From positions 6,122,303-6,186,302 of the forward strand of contig CM082582.2 of NCBI GenBank assembly GCA_040954595.2: DNA of 64,000 nt, given 5' to 3'. Position numbers and translations under genes: made by a program. The notes beneath the pieces were generated by a model, which worked only from the letters and a program-made list of their open reading frames with translations, was not told the DNA's origin and did no database searches. This DNA comes from Balanoglossus misakiensis (Eukaryota > Animalia > Hemichordata). Of this stretch, positions 14,101-29,100 are shown in pieces. The first letter of the stretch is position 1. Every line of letters starts with the position of its first letter.

Positions 14101-17100
14101 GTCACAAAAAGACGTGTAAGCAATTATTATGAAACCGGTTTCCAACTGAAGTTTTTTCATTATTCAGACAGTGGAGCAATAAACTGCAGTAGATACAACA
14201 GGACAAAAATACTGAAAAAGTTACAGCTAATGGAGCTTCACGTTTTTTTACCTGAAGCAGAATGATAGCGTCAGTATGGACAGTAAGAGTCCAAAGAGAG
14301 AAAGCGAACATCCGATGTAGGTTATCAGCTCCAGCGCGATTTTGTCCGTCTCTGATATCTGCCAATCAAAACAACATACAGTGTGTTAGTTTTGAACTTT
14401 TCTTGGACGACGCTCGGTTAAATAATTATTGTGATATACATATTTAGCTTGGTTTCAGCGAACTACGAACGAACATGAACTTCTAGTTAACTGATTTTGG
14501 CCTGGACTTGTCCCTTTCAATTCGTTTTTTATCGAATTTGAGAATTGTCTTTCTCTGTCAATATACAGTTGAGTATTTCGTGTTAGTTAACTGTAAATAG
14601 ATTGTTATCTCCAAATTGAACTTTTGGATTACCTCTGTATCTGTCAACTGCAGCAAGACCGCAAAATTGGTCAGGTGATTACACGTACAGGTCACGTGGG
14701 TCTCATTCTGGTCATCGATTTGGCACCCCTTAGATGACCACGCCCCTTCATCAGCAGCCCTGTTGGGGGAAAAATTCTCATCAGTCGCCTTCAGTCAGAA
14801 AATCAATGACTTTTCACTGAATCTCGCTAATGAAGTTTCCAGATGATCGTCACGGAAATTTCATGTGACATTCCACGACTCTGTTTACAAATTTGCTAAC
14901 GGTACTAAGCATGCAACATTCGAAAAGCCCTCAGGTCATATTGCCGTGTGGTGGCTTTTTATCTTAGAATGCTTGACGGACGGTGTCTACCGGAGATCAT
15001 TATAGATCATTTCAGGGTTAGGAAGATTCTTCTAGAGCAGAGACAGTGATAAAGACAAGCCACGCCGAGAATACTCACAAAGCTGTGAAATTCCAGAATC
15101 CGCACGACACAACGGGAGAAACAACAGGCTGAAACACAGAAATAAAAAAAATGCTGTGTTAGGATTAACGTCTAGCTGCTATAGGTGCTCTATACCCCTT
15201 GGTCCAGTAGTACATGATTTAGACCTATGTGCATACATTATATCAATAGTTGTCGTTGTGATGGTGAAATAACACTCAGTTTGGTTGAAGTGGAAACGAA
15301 AAAAGATTTTTTTTAATGAAATTATCCTTACCTCGATCAATTCTAATGTTATATTCACCAAACCGTCCATGCCAGTGTCACTGTCATTGACAGCAGTGAA
15401 TATACTTGAACTAATCACTCTGCTGTGTACTTGGTATGTGTCGTTACTTCTGAAACCGAACAGAGGAACATTTTACTCAAGAAATTCGTTTTCAGTATTG
15501 TTTTGTTATTCGGTTCCACCCTTTTCAGTCATCAAATATATTGTCTTTATGTATGTATAGTGTCTTAATGCACCTAAGTTTTGTACATCATGAAAGTATA
15601 TCTCAGCGTTTTCTGCGAATGGAAAGTACGTGCACGTGACTCGTTGACGACTTAAAACCACGTGATTCTTCTGCATTTACTTCTTGATGTTCAACAGAAT
15701 ATACATATTGAAAAACCTTTGTCGCTGTTAGAATGGACCATTCCACGCTTAGACATTCTTGGATGTACGTCCACCGTTGATTAGCGTTACACTTGGGGCA
15801 CATACAGAAATGACAGAAAAGGCTAACCTACCTTTGCGCGTCGATAAGAATCCCTGGTAACGATGGCGCCAAATTTGCATATAAAATACTAACAATTGTC
15901 AGGAGCACTGGAAATAGAGAGACAAAAAATGAGACTTTTTATTTTGGCTTTGACTTGCTACGAGGGAAAGGGATTTTTACAATCAGTCGACGTTTTCCCG
16001 ACAGTGCACACGAATATTGCTAATAAACACGTTTAAAATTAAACGACACATTTTCTTGAGTGAATTTCTAATGTGGAGTTTATTCAGTCTTCAGATCACT
16101 TAGCTTTAGTGCATATAGCGTTTCTCAAAACAAACAATAAATCAATCAAGTAATTTCACCACTGTGAACGATATTTAATTCATATCAGCTCTGTGGGCGC
16201 TCAGGATAAAATATTCACGAACTTAGATAGCATGATTTATTTGTATTAAATGCTCTAGCTACCTGGTGTTTGAAATATTCCATTCAAGATATATTTTTCA
16301 TAAATAATTTACTGTTTTTCAATCGTAAATTTAACACGAAGAATCGGTGCTGGTCGGTTTGATAACGGGTTCTGTAAGTAGTGGACGAATCCTGCTACGA
16401 GCAGCCGTTTTTTGCAGGAATACTCAGTAGAAACGCCGTTACGTAGGTGAGGCGAGAAAAGTACGCCAGCCTCGTCGGACGGAACGATATTCATCAAAAG
16501 TCCGACGTTTGCCGCTGCGCTTATTAAAACACACACGGCAAACTAAAAGCAGTTCCTTGTCCAGGGCTTGTAATTATCCGCACAGGTTATTGAAAAAATA
16601 TTCAGAAAACTTGCGGATAGGACCCGACGGAACCTCGTCTCCACAATTTGTCATTGTGCTTTTATTACGACTAATGCCGCAACAAGTGACTTGCGCACAT
16701 AGAGGAACTGGCCTTTTGACGACAACGCTATACGTTAATGGAGCCTCATTTTCTTACACAACACACTCCAGAAATAAACCGACTTTCCTTTGGTCCCCTT
16801 TTCTTAGCAGGGTGATTGGGAGTTTGCCAGTAGGAAAATTTAATCAGCCATTTTCTCGGAAAAAAAAGCACTGAATGGTATTTAATTGAAACTCGTATTG
16901 AATATTGACGCCGTCAGCCGCATCCGCAGTGCGAGGAAATTCAACAAGCGTTTCCCCAATCACCGCGCTACATCAATGTAACGCGCTGTTAACCTTTGAC
17001 ACCTTGGAGGTACGCTGGGAGCAATCTCATCCGTGTCGTAATAAGGGAACGCTGGCGGGGAAAGAATACGTGATTTATTTTTGACACGTCCTGCTCGGCG

Positions 17101-20100
17101 ATCCCGGCGATTTCGATTCCGGCTATGGTTTCAATATGAAACGATAAGATCACTGTTTCGAACATGAGGATTTCCCCGGGGCGTGATGATTGAAACTGTT
17201 TCGATATACATCCTGACAGGCAAACAATGTTAGAGAATCCCCTGGCTGTATCTCGCACGTATCCCATCATTTATTGTTTTGAACTAATGGCTGCGAAATA
17301 AATATTAATAACGTGCAATAGTCAGTTCTATTTCAGTTAATATACTCAAATTGGCTCAGCATTCTCAAAGAGAAGGCAGTACTTTGATACAGAACAGATA
17401 TGCATAATTGATATGCATAAACGCACAAAATACGTACACGCCCACGCATGCGCGATGGAATAATGGCGTTGATTGAACAAAGTTTTCCTTTACTATCGAC
17501 ACAGCACTCAACCCTTAATTTCACACGCACGCCATTTTTGATCGGTTTTAACTCATACAAGGTTGAAAAGTTGAAACACAGCTATAGGAACGAGACTTTA
17601 CCGGTTTCTCCCTCGGGGGTGCCAGGTTGCGGAACTTCGATACTCGCGTACGGCGATTTCCACTTCTCTTCTTCAAAGGGAGAGACACTGCGGTCGGGGA
17701 AATTGAGACCCCGGAATCGACCGGAGTCTGAGTGTATAATTTCCATCACTATCAAGAAAATTGAAAAATATGCAGCTCAATGTTAAAGTGGAACATACAT
17801 ACTAGAATCTAGAAACTCCCCACACAACACATGCATATCACCAGCTATACACATTGTTATGCAAAACGCCCTACCCCAACCTACATTCCACCACCTGTGT
17901 ACCTGCATATAAACGCGCCTTCCCCCTTGCATTTTCGCCAGTTTAGTCTCCTGATGAGTGAGTCTAGTGACTCACGAAACAGCGTTGTAGAGATTTTACC
18001 GCCTTTTGACAGACAGACAGAGACATTGCTGCAAGGTGTAATTCCTGTATTATGATAAACTTCCATAACGCTTACTGATACACATTCATTTACTTCATCG
18101 CGGCCATATCATGAACATCTGACCGTTGCCTAACTCGTTTGTGACTTCGCTTTAAACACTATTAAACATTCCGGGGTACATTGCATGCACGGAAGACCAT
18201 CTCGAGTTATGGCCGCCGTCATCCTAAATGGAGACTAGATATTAAAACTGACGTTTTCTCAGAAGGAAATCGGATTCCCAGGGAAGTTATCGGGTTTTTA
18301 TGGCCCCACGGTTGCATTTGTTGCGCTCAGTCTCATAAACGAAAATTGAAGTTGAGAAAAGTGCCAAATATAACACGGCTATAGACTTAAATAAACCTCA
18401 TTTCGGCTAGGATGCTGTTTTAACTCTAATGACATCCACGCGTCGCAAAAAAAACCGCAATCAACTGTAACAGTTCCTATCAACCTGTTTTACGAATGAA
18501 TTATTCTCTGGGCCATGTCTCTGATATATGTCCATTCCAAAATGGACACATAAAACATCCATCTATTATATTGGATAAATTTACAACCACTATTCAAAGT
18601 AAACAGAAATATGGCAGTCCTTGAACTCTACAAGGTCACTATGAAGAATTACGTTCCGCAAACTTTTACTGGAAAAAAGACGAACTTCACGATTTTGAAA
18701 AAAGACATCGAAATTAAACTTTTTAAATTAAGGTAAATTCTCATGGATTTATATGGGGGTAGCGTGACAAAACGGAGACAAAATGGAGACGAGGAAAAAT
18801 ATAAAAGCGAATTGAAAGGGACCATATGTGCATACGTCGTATATGGTAGTACAAAAAAATCCTTTTAATACTATGATGTGCAGAGAGACACGCAAACGCA
18901 CACACAGCGGACGGACAAACAGAAACTTTTACGACCTACCCAACAACAATCTAATATAACGTGATCACCAGAAACAAATTTAGTGGAATTATTCTGCCAG
19001 TAAAACTCACCGAATGAATCAGTAATTAACGACACGGTCTCGGGCGCGTCAGTTCCAAGCGCGGCAACCTTCTCCCCGACACCGCGGCCAACAGCCTCGA
19101 TTGCGTTCATTGTCGTCTCGATAGCCGCTTTACGAGTGTCGCCATCCTGAAGCAAACGAAAAATCAATGAATGGGTTGATGAATTTTACGATCAGTAATT
19201 TCCCCTTATCCCGATGGCGAATGCCAATGAATGATGTACGTGTACACCATTCAGACGCTTGGATCGGATGTCTTCTGAAGTCCGCCGCAAGGCATCAGAG
19301 ATAAATATAAAATTAAAGTTAGTTTTAATTGGGGGGGGGGGGGCTGAACCGAACTGCAGTTAGCAGACACAGAACTCGGCCGTCTTTGAAAAGTATTACA
19401 CCAGAGTTTGGTAAAGTGACATAGTGGCAAAAAGACACCCAGATGACGTCCTCCTATAGTCTTTTCTGTCTATTTTTTCTAGTCAAGTCAGCACCGACCA
19501 TTTTCCGCATGTGTACGGAAACGCAGACTCGAAACTCTAGTTTCAGTTGCGTTCAATATCTCTACCAAAGTGGATAAAATCGTCTCTAACAAGAAATACT
19601 AGATGAGGTTACTGCGGACGTCACGTTAACAATCCTTGTATAATGACCCATATGTTTCTACTAACATTGACATCGATTGGACAATAAAGGCGCTGGTCAG
19701 CGATCAAGTCTGCGCCACGCCGCCAATAATTGTCATCTATAAATCTTGCTCATGGCGGTAACGAGGCGTTGGAAACCAAGCGTCACAAATAAAACAAAGA
19801 CAACTGTTGAATGAGAAGAGAAAACGTTAATGAAAAATAAATGGAAACGCAGCACTTAAAACATATACCCGTACTAATATTAATATCTGGCACTTTAGAA
19901 CTGGTCAACACTCTGGGGAAAACAGTTGCATGCTGGTAAATTTGTCTTGCATTTCTTCATATAGAATGGTGCTGACGCTGTTTACATCGGTTAGAGTATA
20001 GTTCACTCTGTCATGTTTTATTACCTGTATTCAGGCGAATGTAATAAAAATTGATGTATACTCCTATCTCAAATTTACATATACCTAAATTCCCATGGCA

Positions 20101-23100
20101 TTATGCATTGTTGTTCGTGGGTGTCTAGTATCCATGGTACCTGTGGCTAGATTTGTAAAGGTGAGCGTGTACCCTTGACTTCCAGTTCTGGCCCAAAATC
20201 TAACATTGTGCCCCTCGTTTAAGTTGATGACGTCACGATTTTGTGGTGTATCACTTAAAAAGAACACCTTTTGGACATTTAACTTCCCATATTATACATC
20301 GCCTGTATTTTCCTTTCGGGATTGGCCTATCAGTGTGTTTTGTATGATGCTGGAACAGGTGATGATTATTTTAATTTATCTTTTGGCCAGGAGGGACTAC
20401 GAGGTGTCTGTACGCTCCGGATATGACAAGACAGCCATCAAAGTTCTGTTTGTTTGGAATTATTGAGTGTTCATGCAGTTGATGTCGTTATCGGAATCTC
20501 TATCTCCATTGATAGGCTCGCTCAATCACCCGACTCCCACGAGAAGATAAAACGGAATATACGAAGTGAGAATTATGACCTATTACGAATGAACGCATAC
20601 AGGACGAAGCTTGCATCATTTGTAGCTCATAAACGCGGGTATATACATGTTCGGAATTTATGACCACGAAGTGTCAGAAGTTTCGGTCGGCGGCAGAAAT
20701 TCAATTTCCTGACGAGAAGGTCTGTGGCTCTTTTTTGATAAGCATGAGAAGTATAAATGAATATGTGTCGAAAACAGCGATACTGTCGGAAATTGCTTCC
20801 ATCAACACGGACCCGCAGTTATAATGATGTAGCCATCAATAAAATAATAATTTAACAAAACGGTCAGCTGACATTTAATCGCAAATTGTGCTTTTCATCG
20901 TGGCCTATTTACAACGCTTTTCTTTGAAAGTCAAGACTATTATTCTCGATCATGGCGGCCAAACAGACCTTTAATCAAGATCAAGTACGCCTATTGAAGA
21001 GGTCACTTATGTAAAGGGCATTGCTTATCAGATTTACCCACAGGTAAATTGATTTATTGGAATAACATTGCGGCAATAAATGACTAGGGCTCCCGAATAA
21101 TCTGTGCCATCAGGAATTAAAGCTGTAGATAGAAAACGAATGGCATGTTCACTATCTGGCATATACCGGAGCGTCATCGTTCAACGACAGAATATCATTT
21201 TATGGCTTGGCAATATAACTGCCCTGTGACGGCACAGCACAAAACACGGTAAATTCGTTGGGAGTCACGAATATGAAATATGCAAATCAGAGACCACATG
21301 TATACCAATATGGCCACGGTGTATAATCACTTTTGTAAAATCACGCGCTGGTCTGAAGCTGTCATGGATACGACAGCGCTTTGCAAAGCGACTCGTGCAA
21401 ATTAAAAAAATATATCCTCCTCGCTGATTACTTAGCTGCGGCAACAAAAGCAATCTATCATACTTCTCGTGCTTATGCAAAATGGCGAAAACAGCGCGTT
21501 GATGATATTGACTTTCAATTATTCTCCGTTCGATCATCCAGCGCAAGTAACATGTTTGCCGGGCAATGCTTGTCACTCATACCCTACGCATTCTGAAAAC
21601 CAGGGTTGTTATAACTGATCAGATATATTGATTTCATCATCCTACTTACTGAGGATGTGTATTTTCAATAATAAGACGGGAAATAGGATGACCCCCCGCA
21701 GGGATTAATGGCAAAAAAGATGGCGGCTTCTCCAAGCCTATTATCTCCCGGGCTCCAGGTTTCCCCGTGACATTCAACGGCAGGGATGCAAGCGCGGATC
21801 TGTCTTATATAACAACAAAATATAACTTCTGTTTATACATATATATACGAGTCTGTATCGTGCTAGTGTACCACAGTCATAATTATACATGTGAAAATGT
21901 GATGAGACACACTTGATACTGGTATAACCAATGAACAACATGCAGCCAGTTTGCTGCATCCAATGGTCCTGTACACGTCTAACATCAATAAGAGTGAATA
22001 TTTCGTTGACTGTTAACCATTATGAAATACTATAACTACTAGATTTCTGCCTGCGTCATCCGAGGCGTAAACAGCGCTCGGGTGACCAGCGCTGCCAAAC
22101 ATCAGAACACATATACAGAATAGGTTTTTTGTTTCATATCACTCGGTTTTCTATCTCACGTGCATATCGCTATGGAATACCCTCGCAGACGACACTATCT
22201 ACTCACGCGATATGGAAATAACACGTTCCTTAAATTTCTGGCGCAAAGTGCATTGGACGGATATACTCCGTTATCGATCACACTTTCTCGTTGCCACAGA
22301 CCTTGGTAAAATGTTAGTAATGTACCTGTCAATTACTGACCGATGGCATGGCAAATGGTGAGCTGTTATCCGAGACTGTTCAGAAATCATGAAAGATTAG
22401 ACAAGTCGAAACGAAGTCAAATATACACACTTACCATTTGATCCACGAGGTTTGATAAAATATTCAACACGTCGCCAAAGTTCTGGTAGAAAAGAAGAAA
22501 GAGGTTTTAAGAAAGTCACTATACTGGTGGTAAGCTCCTGTACAAATGCCATTCTGTCTTCAATAACATGGTGAAGGAAAAAACCAGTTTTAAATTTAAT
22601 ATTAGGTCTTAAATTAGTGCTGATTATGTAGATATCTAAATATACATTTATTAGCCATCTGTCATTTATAGAATCCTCTGGATGGAAGGTCCGTAAAGCT
22701 TAGAACTCCTCGTCTTATTTGTTGTTACCACAAGCCTTAGTAATGCTAGTTTTAAGCCAGATAGACTTTGTTCTCCATTTCCTGGCTTATGTATTAGTTT
22801 TCCTGTACGTCAATGCACATACGTTTTAGTGTATCTTGAACAGAGTAAAACTGACTTGAATATATTACTTTTACAGTCGTTGGATTTATGTATTTCACGT
22901 TCAGATACACATATGCAGTGGCCAATTACCAGATAACGTTTGTTACTTTGATCCTAGATTTACTTTGTTTGTAAGCATTGATGAACACCTTGCACACTAA
23001 AAGCAAAACCGAAACAGCAAGATATGCTCAAGGTATCCTCCAGTGTCACCAGTGAAACTGACAGATACCGATAAGTTATTACCATAGTAAAACCCTACCC

Positions 23101-26100
23101 ATGCATTCTGTATGCACTTTCCTTGATTTGCATGCAAAACACCAACTCTAATTACAATCTTACACTTCACACTTTTAAAAGAACGAGCTACACTTTGCAG
23201 TACACTATTATTAATCAACCTCAGCTGACATAATTTCAGCAAGACATATTTGTCTTGGGATGGCATTTATCCTCGCGAGAAAACCCCGGTGTAATAGTCC
23301 ACCTAGCTCACGTCGTCATATTTGTCGAGTGAAATTGACATGTGGGCACTTATTTACACTACGGGGACGCTCCCGATGTTTCCAGGGGCTCGAGTGCGCG
23401 CGCGGGATGTTCATTACCTGATATTCGCGCGAGCGCGCGGCGTCACCCTTGTGCCCGCGCCCAAAATGACAGAAACAATTTGCATCCAGCAATCGACGCG
23501 ATGAGGTTTCTCGCGGCAAAAATCGAAACATGGTCTGTATAATGAGCTTTCAATAGCAAGAGGCAGGTTACGCCGTTCGACTAATGGTCGGCCGCACAAA
23601 GAAATGTTCGGACTGAGAGACAGATTCGAAGAGAGATGTTATGCGAAATTGCCACAGTGTCCCAATTTCCTTTAGCGGCAGGAAGTGCCAGATCTGGTAA
23701 TTATTTATTTATTGGCCGTGACAATTGATGGATTCAACTATGCACTTCTCTCCAGAGAAGATAACATTGGTAATTCAAAAAAGCAGCCAATATATTACTC
23801 ACTCCGCAATTACGCTTTCCTGTTATTTCACCTTGCTGGCCATATATTGATCAAAAGTAATTTATCGATGGGAATTTCAAAAGTAGGCCTGGGCCCAACA
23901 TAATGATAAGACCCAAATGAGCTAAAACAATCTCGAAGACATAAACGAGAACTTTCTCAACATCTAAATCATGGACACTGGTAATGCAAACATAATTCAA
24001 GCTGCAATATCTTGCAAACCTCTTTTCCTTTGTAAATTATGACCTTAATAATATGAAAATAGTTAATTCACAAGCTTTGCAGTCTTCGCTAGGGCTGCTT
24101 TTGCTGCAAATCAAATCAAATGGTTGACCGGGTTCCAACGTGATGCTTAAGTACGTGTACTCACAACGTCAAAAATTCCATGCATCATTTCAGTCAGATC
24201 GCACGGCATTCATTAACATATGCAAATGAAGAAAGTACTTCAAACCATGTAGCCGTTAGAGTGGGCCCCGCTGAAGGGTCGCGAAATAGGCCATTTTTTT
24301 ACTCGATTTTATAGAGCTGTTTTCAGGCGATGTGGATTATTTTAAGACAAAACCGTGGATTCACTTGAAGGTAGGTATACTGGATTGTTACTGAATGATT
24401 TTTTGGCAACTTCTGTCGAGTAGTTTCTTTGTAATCACGAAATTTCTGACGACTGTGAAAAAACACATAGCGTTGACATCCTCTCGATTATTTTTAAGCT
24501 GACCGTTACACATGGATTTTACCACGAAATTTCAAACTTTTATCAAAATATAGACATCAAACTCCCTCTCTTTGAGTTTTCATTCACTTCCAAGCTTTGA
24601 TAGTGACGATATGACCAGTTCAATTTTGTTTACCTTTCAACCTGTGAGCGCCATTTTGTTTACTTTTCAACCCGTGAGCGCCACTTCTTCTGCAAAATGG
24701 CGGGAGAAGACAGCATGCATGTGTACGTATATACGCTGGCTATGGCGCAGGCTTGATCCTGGGTTGTACCAGCTGCGTAGTTTTCCCTCCTCTCTCGTGC
24801 GAAGAAATTTTGATTGCTGATATGTAATCCCGAGTTTTACTAAACCCTAACAATTATTTTATGAAGGTTTGCCCGTCAAGGAAACTCACTTTTTTTAATT
24901 TTATTGTTCTTTCAGATTGATGAAGACTGATTTTTGTGGTGGTGGTGTTGCAGTTGACTGTTTTATTTTAGCTGTCTGAGTTGACAATTTATTCTGTATT
25001 TTGTTGTATTTTTAACTCTTTATCCTGTATTTTGTAGTAGTATTTTGAACACTGTTTAATAAATAAATTACTATTATTATTATTTATCGACCCAATGCAA
25101 TGATGACAAATCGCTCGCCTTCAGACACAAATGTTGTATTTATTGCATATATCATCTGCGAATAAAGGGAAGTGGTTTCGAAGTTACACTTGGCATTTTC
25201 GAAAAGTCTACTTATATCCCACGATGCGGAGAAAAAAATATATACAAAATACGTCAGCTGAGCTCCTCACGAACGGTAAACCTGGCATTCTGTGCATGGG
25301 TAATCAAATATTTGTTTGTAGCCCAATGTAGGCGAACGGTGTGGAGCACCCGGGCGCGGCACTCGTGCGATTGATCGATGTTGTGTCGAAATCAGGCCAG
25401 TAATTAAGTTAAAACTTGGCTGATATGTTACCTTAGAGTGTTATACACTATCCAGTAACTTTTACTTGACAAGTGTCTTTTAGAAACTTTTCCCCACGAT
25501 AAACGTGTCGTTTCACGAGCAACGCAACACTTCCGTATTTACAAGCCTAACATGGAGAGGTCAACGTAGGGCCTATACTTCCGGGTCATATCGTCGAACT
25601 ACATCGATTATTTTTAAGCTGACCGTTACACAAGCATTTCGAGTTAATTTCTTTTCACGGATGTTGGGACCGATATTAGACCTATCTGTCACGAAAACTT
25701 GGTTAACTTCCGAGGTCGTCTTCAAATGATTTTTGGCACGTTTGTGGACGTCTCTTCCGAGGTCACCAACATACCACCGAAAACACGCTAAAAACTACTA
25801 CTATCACCGACAGATTCTCATAAAATTTACGTCTGCAGTGCAAAATAGGAATCACTTTCGAAATTTATCGAGCTAGCATGGTATTTTATTGTACCACGGA
25901 GTGTAAAAATCAAGTTGAAAATCACCTTGAAAACTGGCCTATTGCCGTCTGTTTGAAAATTAACGGTCGCTGGCTTGACGAACTTTCATATGCAAATAAG
26001 CACCGTGCGATCTGACTGATTTCTTCGAAATCTTCACAATGCAATTATTAAATGGAATGTGACCCCTTAGCGTGGTGGTAAAATAATTTGTTTCAGGGAG

Positions 26101-29100
26101 ATTGGAGATTGGGCACTCACCTTGATGTATACCTCCCTGTCCAACTCTGGTCTCAGCATCTCCACTGGTGTTACTTCAATCAACGCGGACGTGACAGTGA
26201 CGAAGTAGTTCAGAGTTTCCAGCGTCAACGTTTCTGTTTCCCGGAGTTGGCTGAGCAATATGGCGAGATACATGTTCACGTCATACGGCGAGATGTCACC
26301 TTGGTAGAGCAACTGTAAAACGATCAAAGGTGTCAGAGTGTTACTTACAACAGAGTGAGACCGTTTCAGGGCTGCTTTGCGTCCGTTATTTCGCTAATAT
26401 TCGGGATCTGGCATAATTCGGGTTGGTAAATGGGAATTAGGTTAATTAATTGATTCAAATGGGGACAACGAGAGTGGGGAGTGAGGGAGGAGAGGGAGGG
26501 GAGGTGGTGGAGAAGGAGAGAGAAGGAAGGGGTAGTGATTGCTTTTATCAAAGTGTACGACAAAGGGTCTAATTTTATTATTAGAGAAAGAAAATGTCGA
26601 CAGTTCAAATCCATAACCACTAAAAGATTAACCAATCAATCACTTAATGCCAACCAGAAACTGCTGCAGAGTACAAAATTGGTGACGTACTGAACTACAC
26701 CCACTGAATTTGATTGTATGCAAATTTTGAATTCTATGAAATAATTAGATATTCTACGCATGCAATAACGTGATATCATATGCGTGCATGTAGGAAAATG
26801 CACATACGGTTACTTGTAAGTTAACATTTCAGGAAATCATTGGATTCATACTAAAATCACAATGATTTGTATTGTATATATTTCCAAAAAGATGTCGTCT
26901 GAGCTTGGCACTTTCTACAGACACGGGCTCATAGGGGTGGCCACGTGGGCATACCCTAATGAATCACCTCCAGATCACAGAAAGCACCCCTGCGTTTGAT
27001 CTATTCGTGGTATATATCACCACCCCTTTCAATTCGCACAAAAACAATTATGTCTGGAGAAAAATCGACCTCATTTAGGTGATGTGGAAGCAATCAATTA
27101 CATCCACGGTTAATCTCGGGGTCGCGGAGGCACCATAATCTCCAATTTACAATATACACTCAGTCTTTCCCTGGTCAATTTATCACGGTTAGTTATTAGC
27201 AATTGTAAAGATGATTAACTTGCGGGTTGGTAGATAGCGCCCAGGGCGAACGGCTGACGCATGTATCACTGGCGTTATCTATGGCTTCCTTTGAAGTCGT
27301 CCATATAAGCGATATTGGTTTGAGTGAACGCACATTCGCTCTTCTGACATCGAGTAATATTTCAAGAATGGACCCCCCAACCCACGAGGCAAACTTGATT
27401 GCACATGAAATGCAACCACTAGAAAAGACCTATGATAAAAATAATTTATGCAGAAAATCGCTGATTTTTCTCATTAACCAACAGATTATGCAAAGGAATG
27501 GCGGCTGACACTGTAGTTGTAGTTGTAATTCAGATAATTTACGGTTCAATAAGCCGATGCTTTCACAGGACCCTGACTTGTCAAAACGATCCAGGCGATT
27601 GGAAACAACGCTAAGCAGCAAATAGAAGTTTTATCAGTTCAATGCGTAACAATTTTAGTTAATTTGCTGCAGACGATGTCGTAATCGCAAATTAAATTTG
27701 GCGACAGACGGATTTCAAACAGGAAGCCACTGTGAGTACTTTGTCTGAGCTGGGACATGCAACCCGTAGAAGATGATAAATCCTAACTAATTTGCGAAGG
27801 ATATCGACGAAATTTCTTCATCAAATTTCTAAAATTAAATTAAATTAAATTACATTAAATGAACAAAACCAAATGATTGATTTAAAACTAATCATGTAAC
27901 TAATAATCGGCTGGTTTCGATGGGTGTACAGTAGCCTCTGGCGGAGAGGTTAAAATGTCATCGTTGATGTCACAGCCCCCTGGCGTATTGAGAAATCAGT
28001 CACGATAAACTGTAATTTATTGTGATAGTCTGTACACCATCTCAAAAAGAAACCCATTCTGGAATGTATCATCCATCTCGTATTGATATTCATCATGTAA
28101 AAATAAAGCGATGTCATGATATCGCAGTAGAGCGGTGGGCATTGATATCAGATATAACGCCATTAGAAAATCCAGCACAATCTTTCAGCTATCTGACTGC
28201 ATCGCCAAAACGAACCACAAGACATGTATTTCTAAACATGGGTTTATTGTTCTGACAAACAAAATGGCTCAGACTGACGGTCATTTTGATACTGTTGTTA
28301 ACATTTGTCATAAATGTCCCTACATTGAACGAAGCGAATTGAGGGAACCAGAAAAACACGGTGGTTATGGTCGCTTTTGGCATTTACAACGATATGTTGT
28401 CACACATGCTGGATGTACGTCACTGTTGTTGTTTCTTAAAGTGTGCCATATACCCTACGGGATTGTGCGTTAATTTAATTCAAGCTTTATTTGACACCCG
28501 AAAAGGTCCGCATCCTGCCCAGTACAACAAAGGGATCGGTTCATTATTTCTGGAGGAATTGATTTAATAATACCTATCGCAATCAACGCAAGTGCACCAG
28601 TGAGAATTCAGATCTGTCTCTAAATAATAAACCACGGCGAGACTGCAACAGACGAAATGCTACTGACCTGGAGAATATCGCAAGAACTGGTGGAAACACA
28701 GGTGGCATAATCATCGGTTGTCACATCAGGCCTGAGAGTAGTTGCCGCCACGGGTGGGCATGTTTTACCTGCGCAGCAACGAAAACAAACGATGATGTCA
28801 TGGCAATGACGGTAATATCAAACGTCAAGCATAGTGAAATAAAACAGGCCAGCGCCACTATATGCAGAAAGGTAAAATTGGAAGCGAAGTTTCAATGTAC
28901 GCTTCCTAGGTTCACATTTCCGTTTCTTAATAACGCCATCAACTTTCGCGAGATGTTGATCAAATCTGCCAGGCGTATCGCAGTCATTTGCGGAGTGACC
29001 TTGGATTGTGCTCTTGCGCATCCAGCAATTTTGTGCTGGGCAGTTCACTTAGGAGTCGGATCCACTTAATATTGTTATTCTCTGTTGTATCAATTAATAC

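Noticed and set aside
23272-23517. Possible MITE bounded by CGCGAGAAA / TTTCTCGCG
   Set aside because: Only ~9 bp of inverted match and no TSD; insufficient evidence.
27367-27396. Minus-strand peptide [11 protein letters not shown] resembling the actin/ARP motif KYSVWIGGSIL
   Set aside because: Flanking residues show no actin similarity, and its phase is incompatible with the surrounding aGPCR exons. Treated as coincidence; tblastn with ARPs would settle it.
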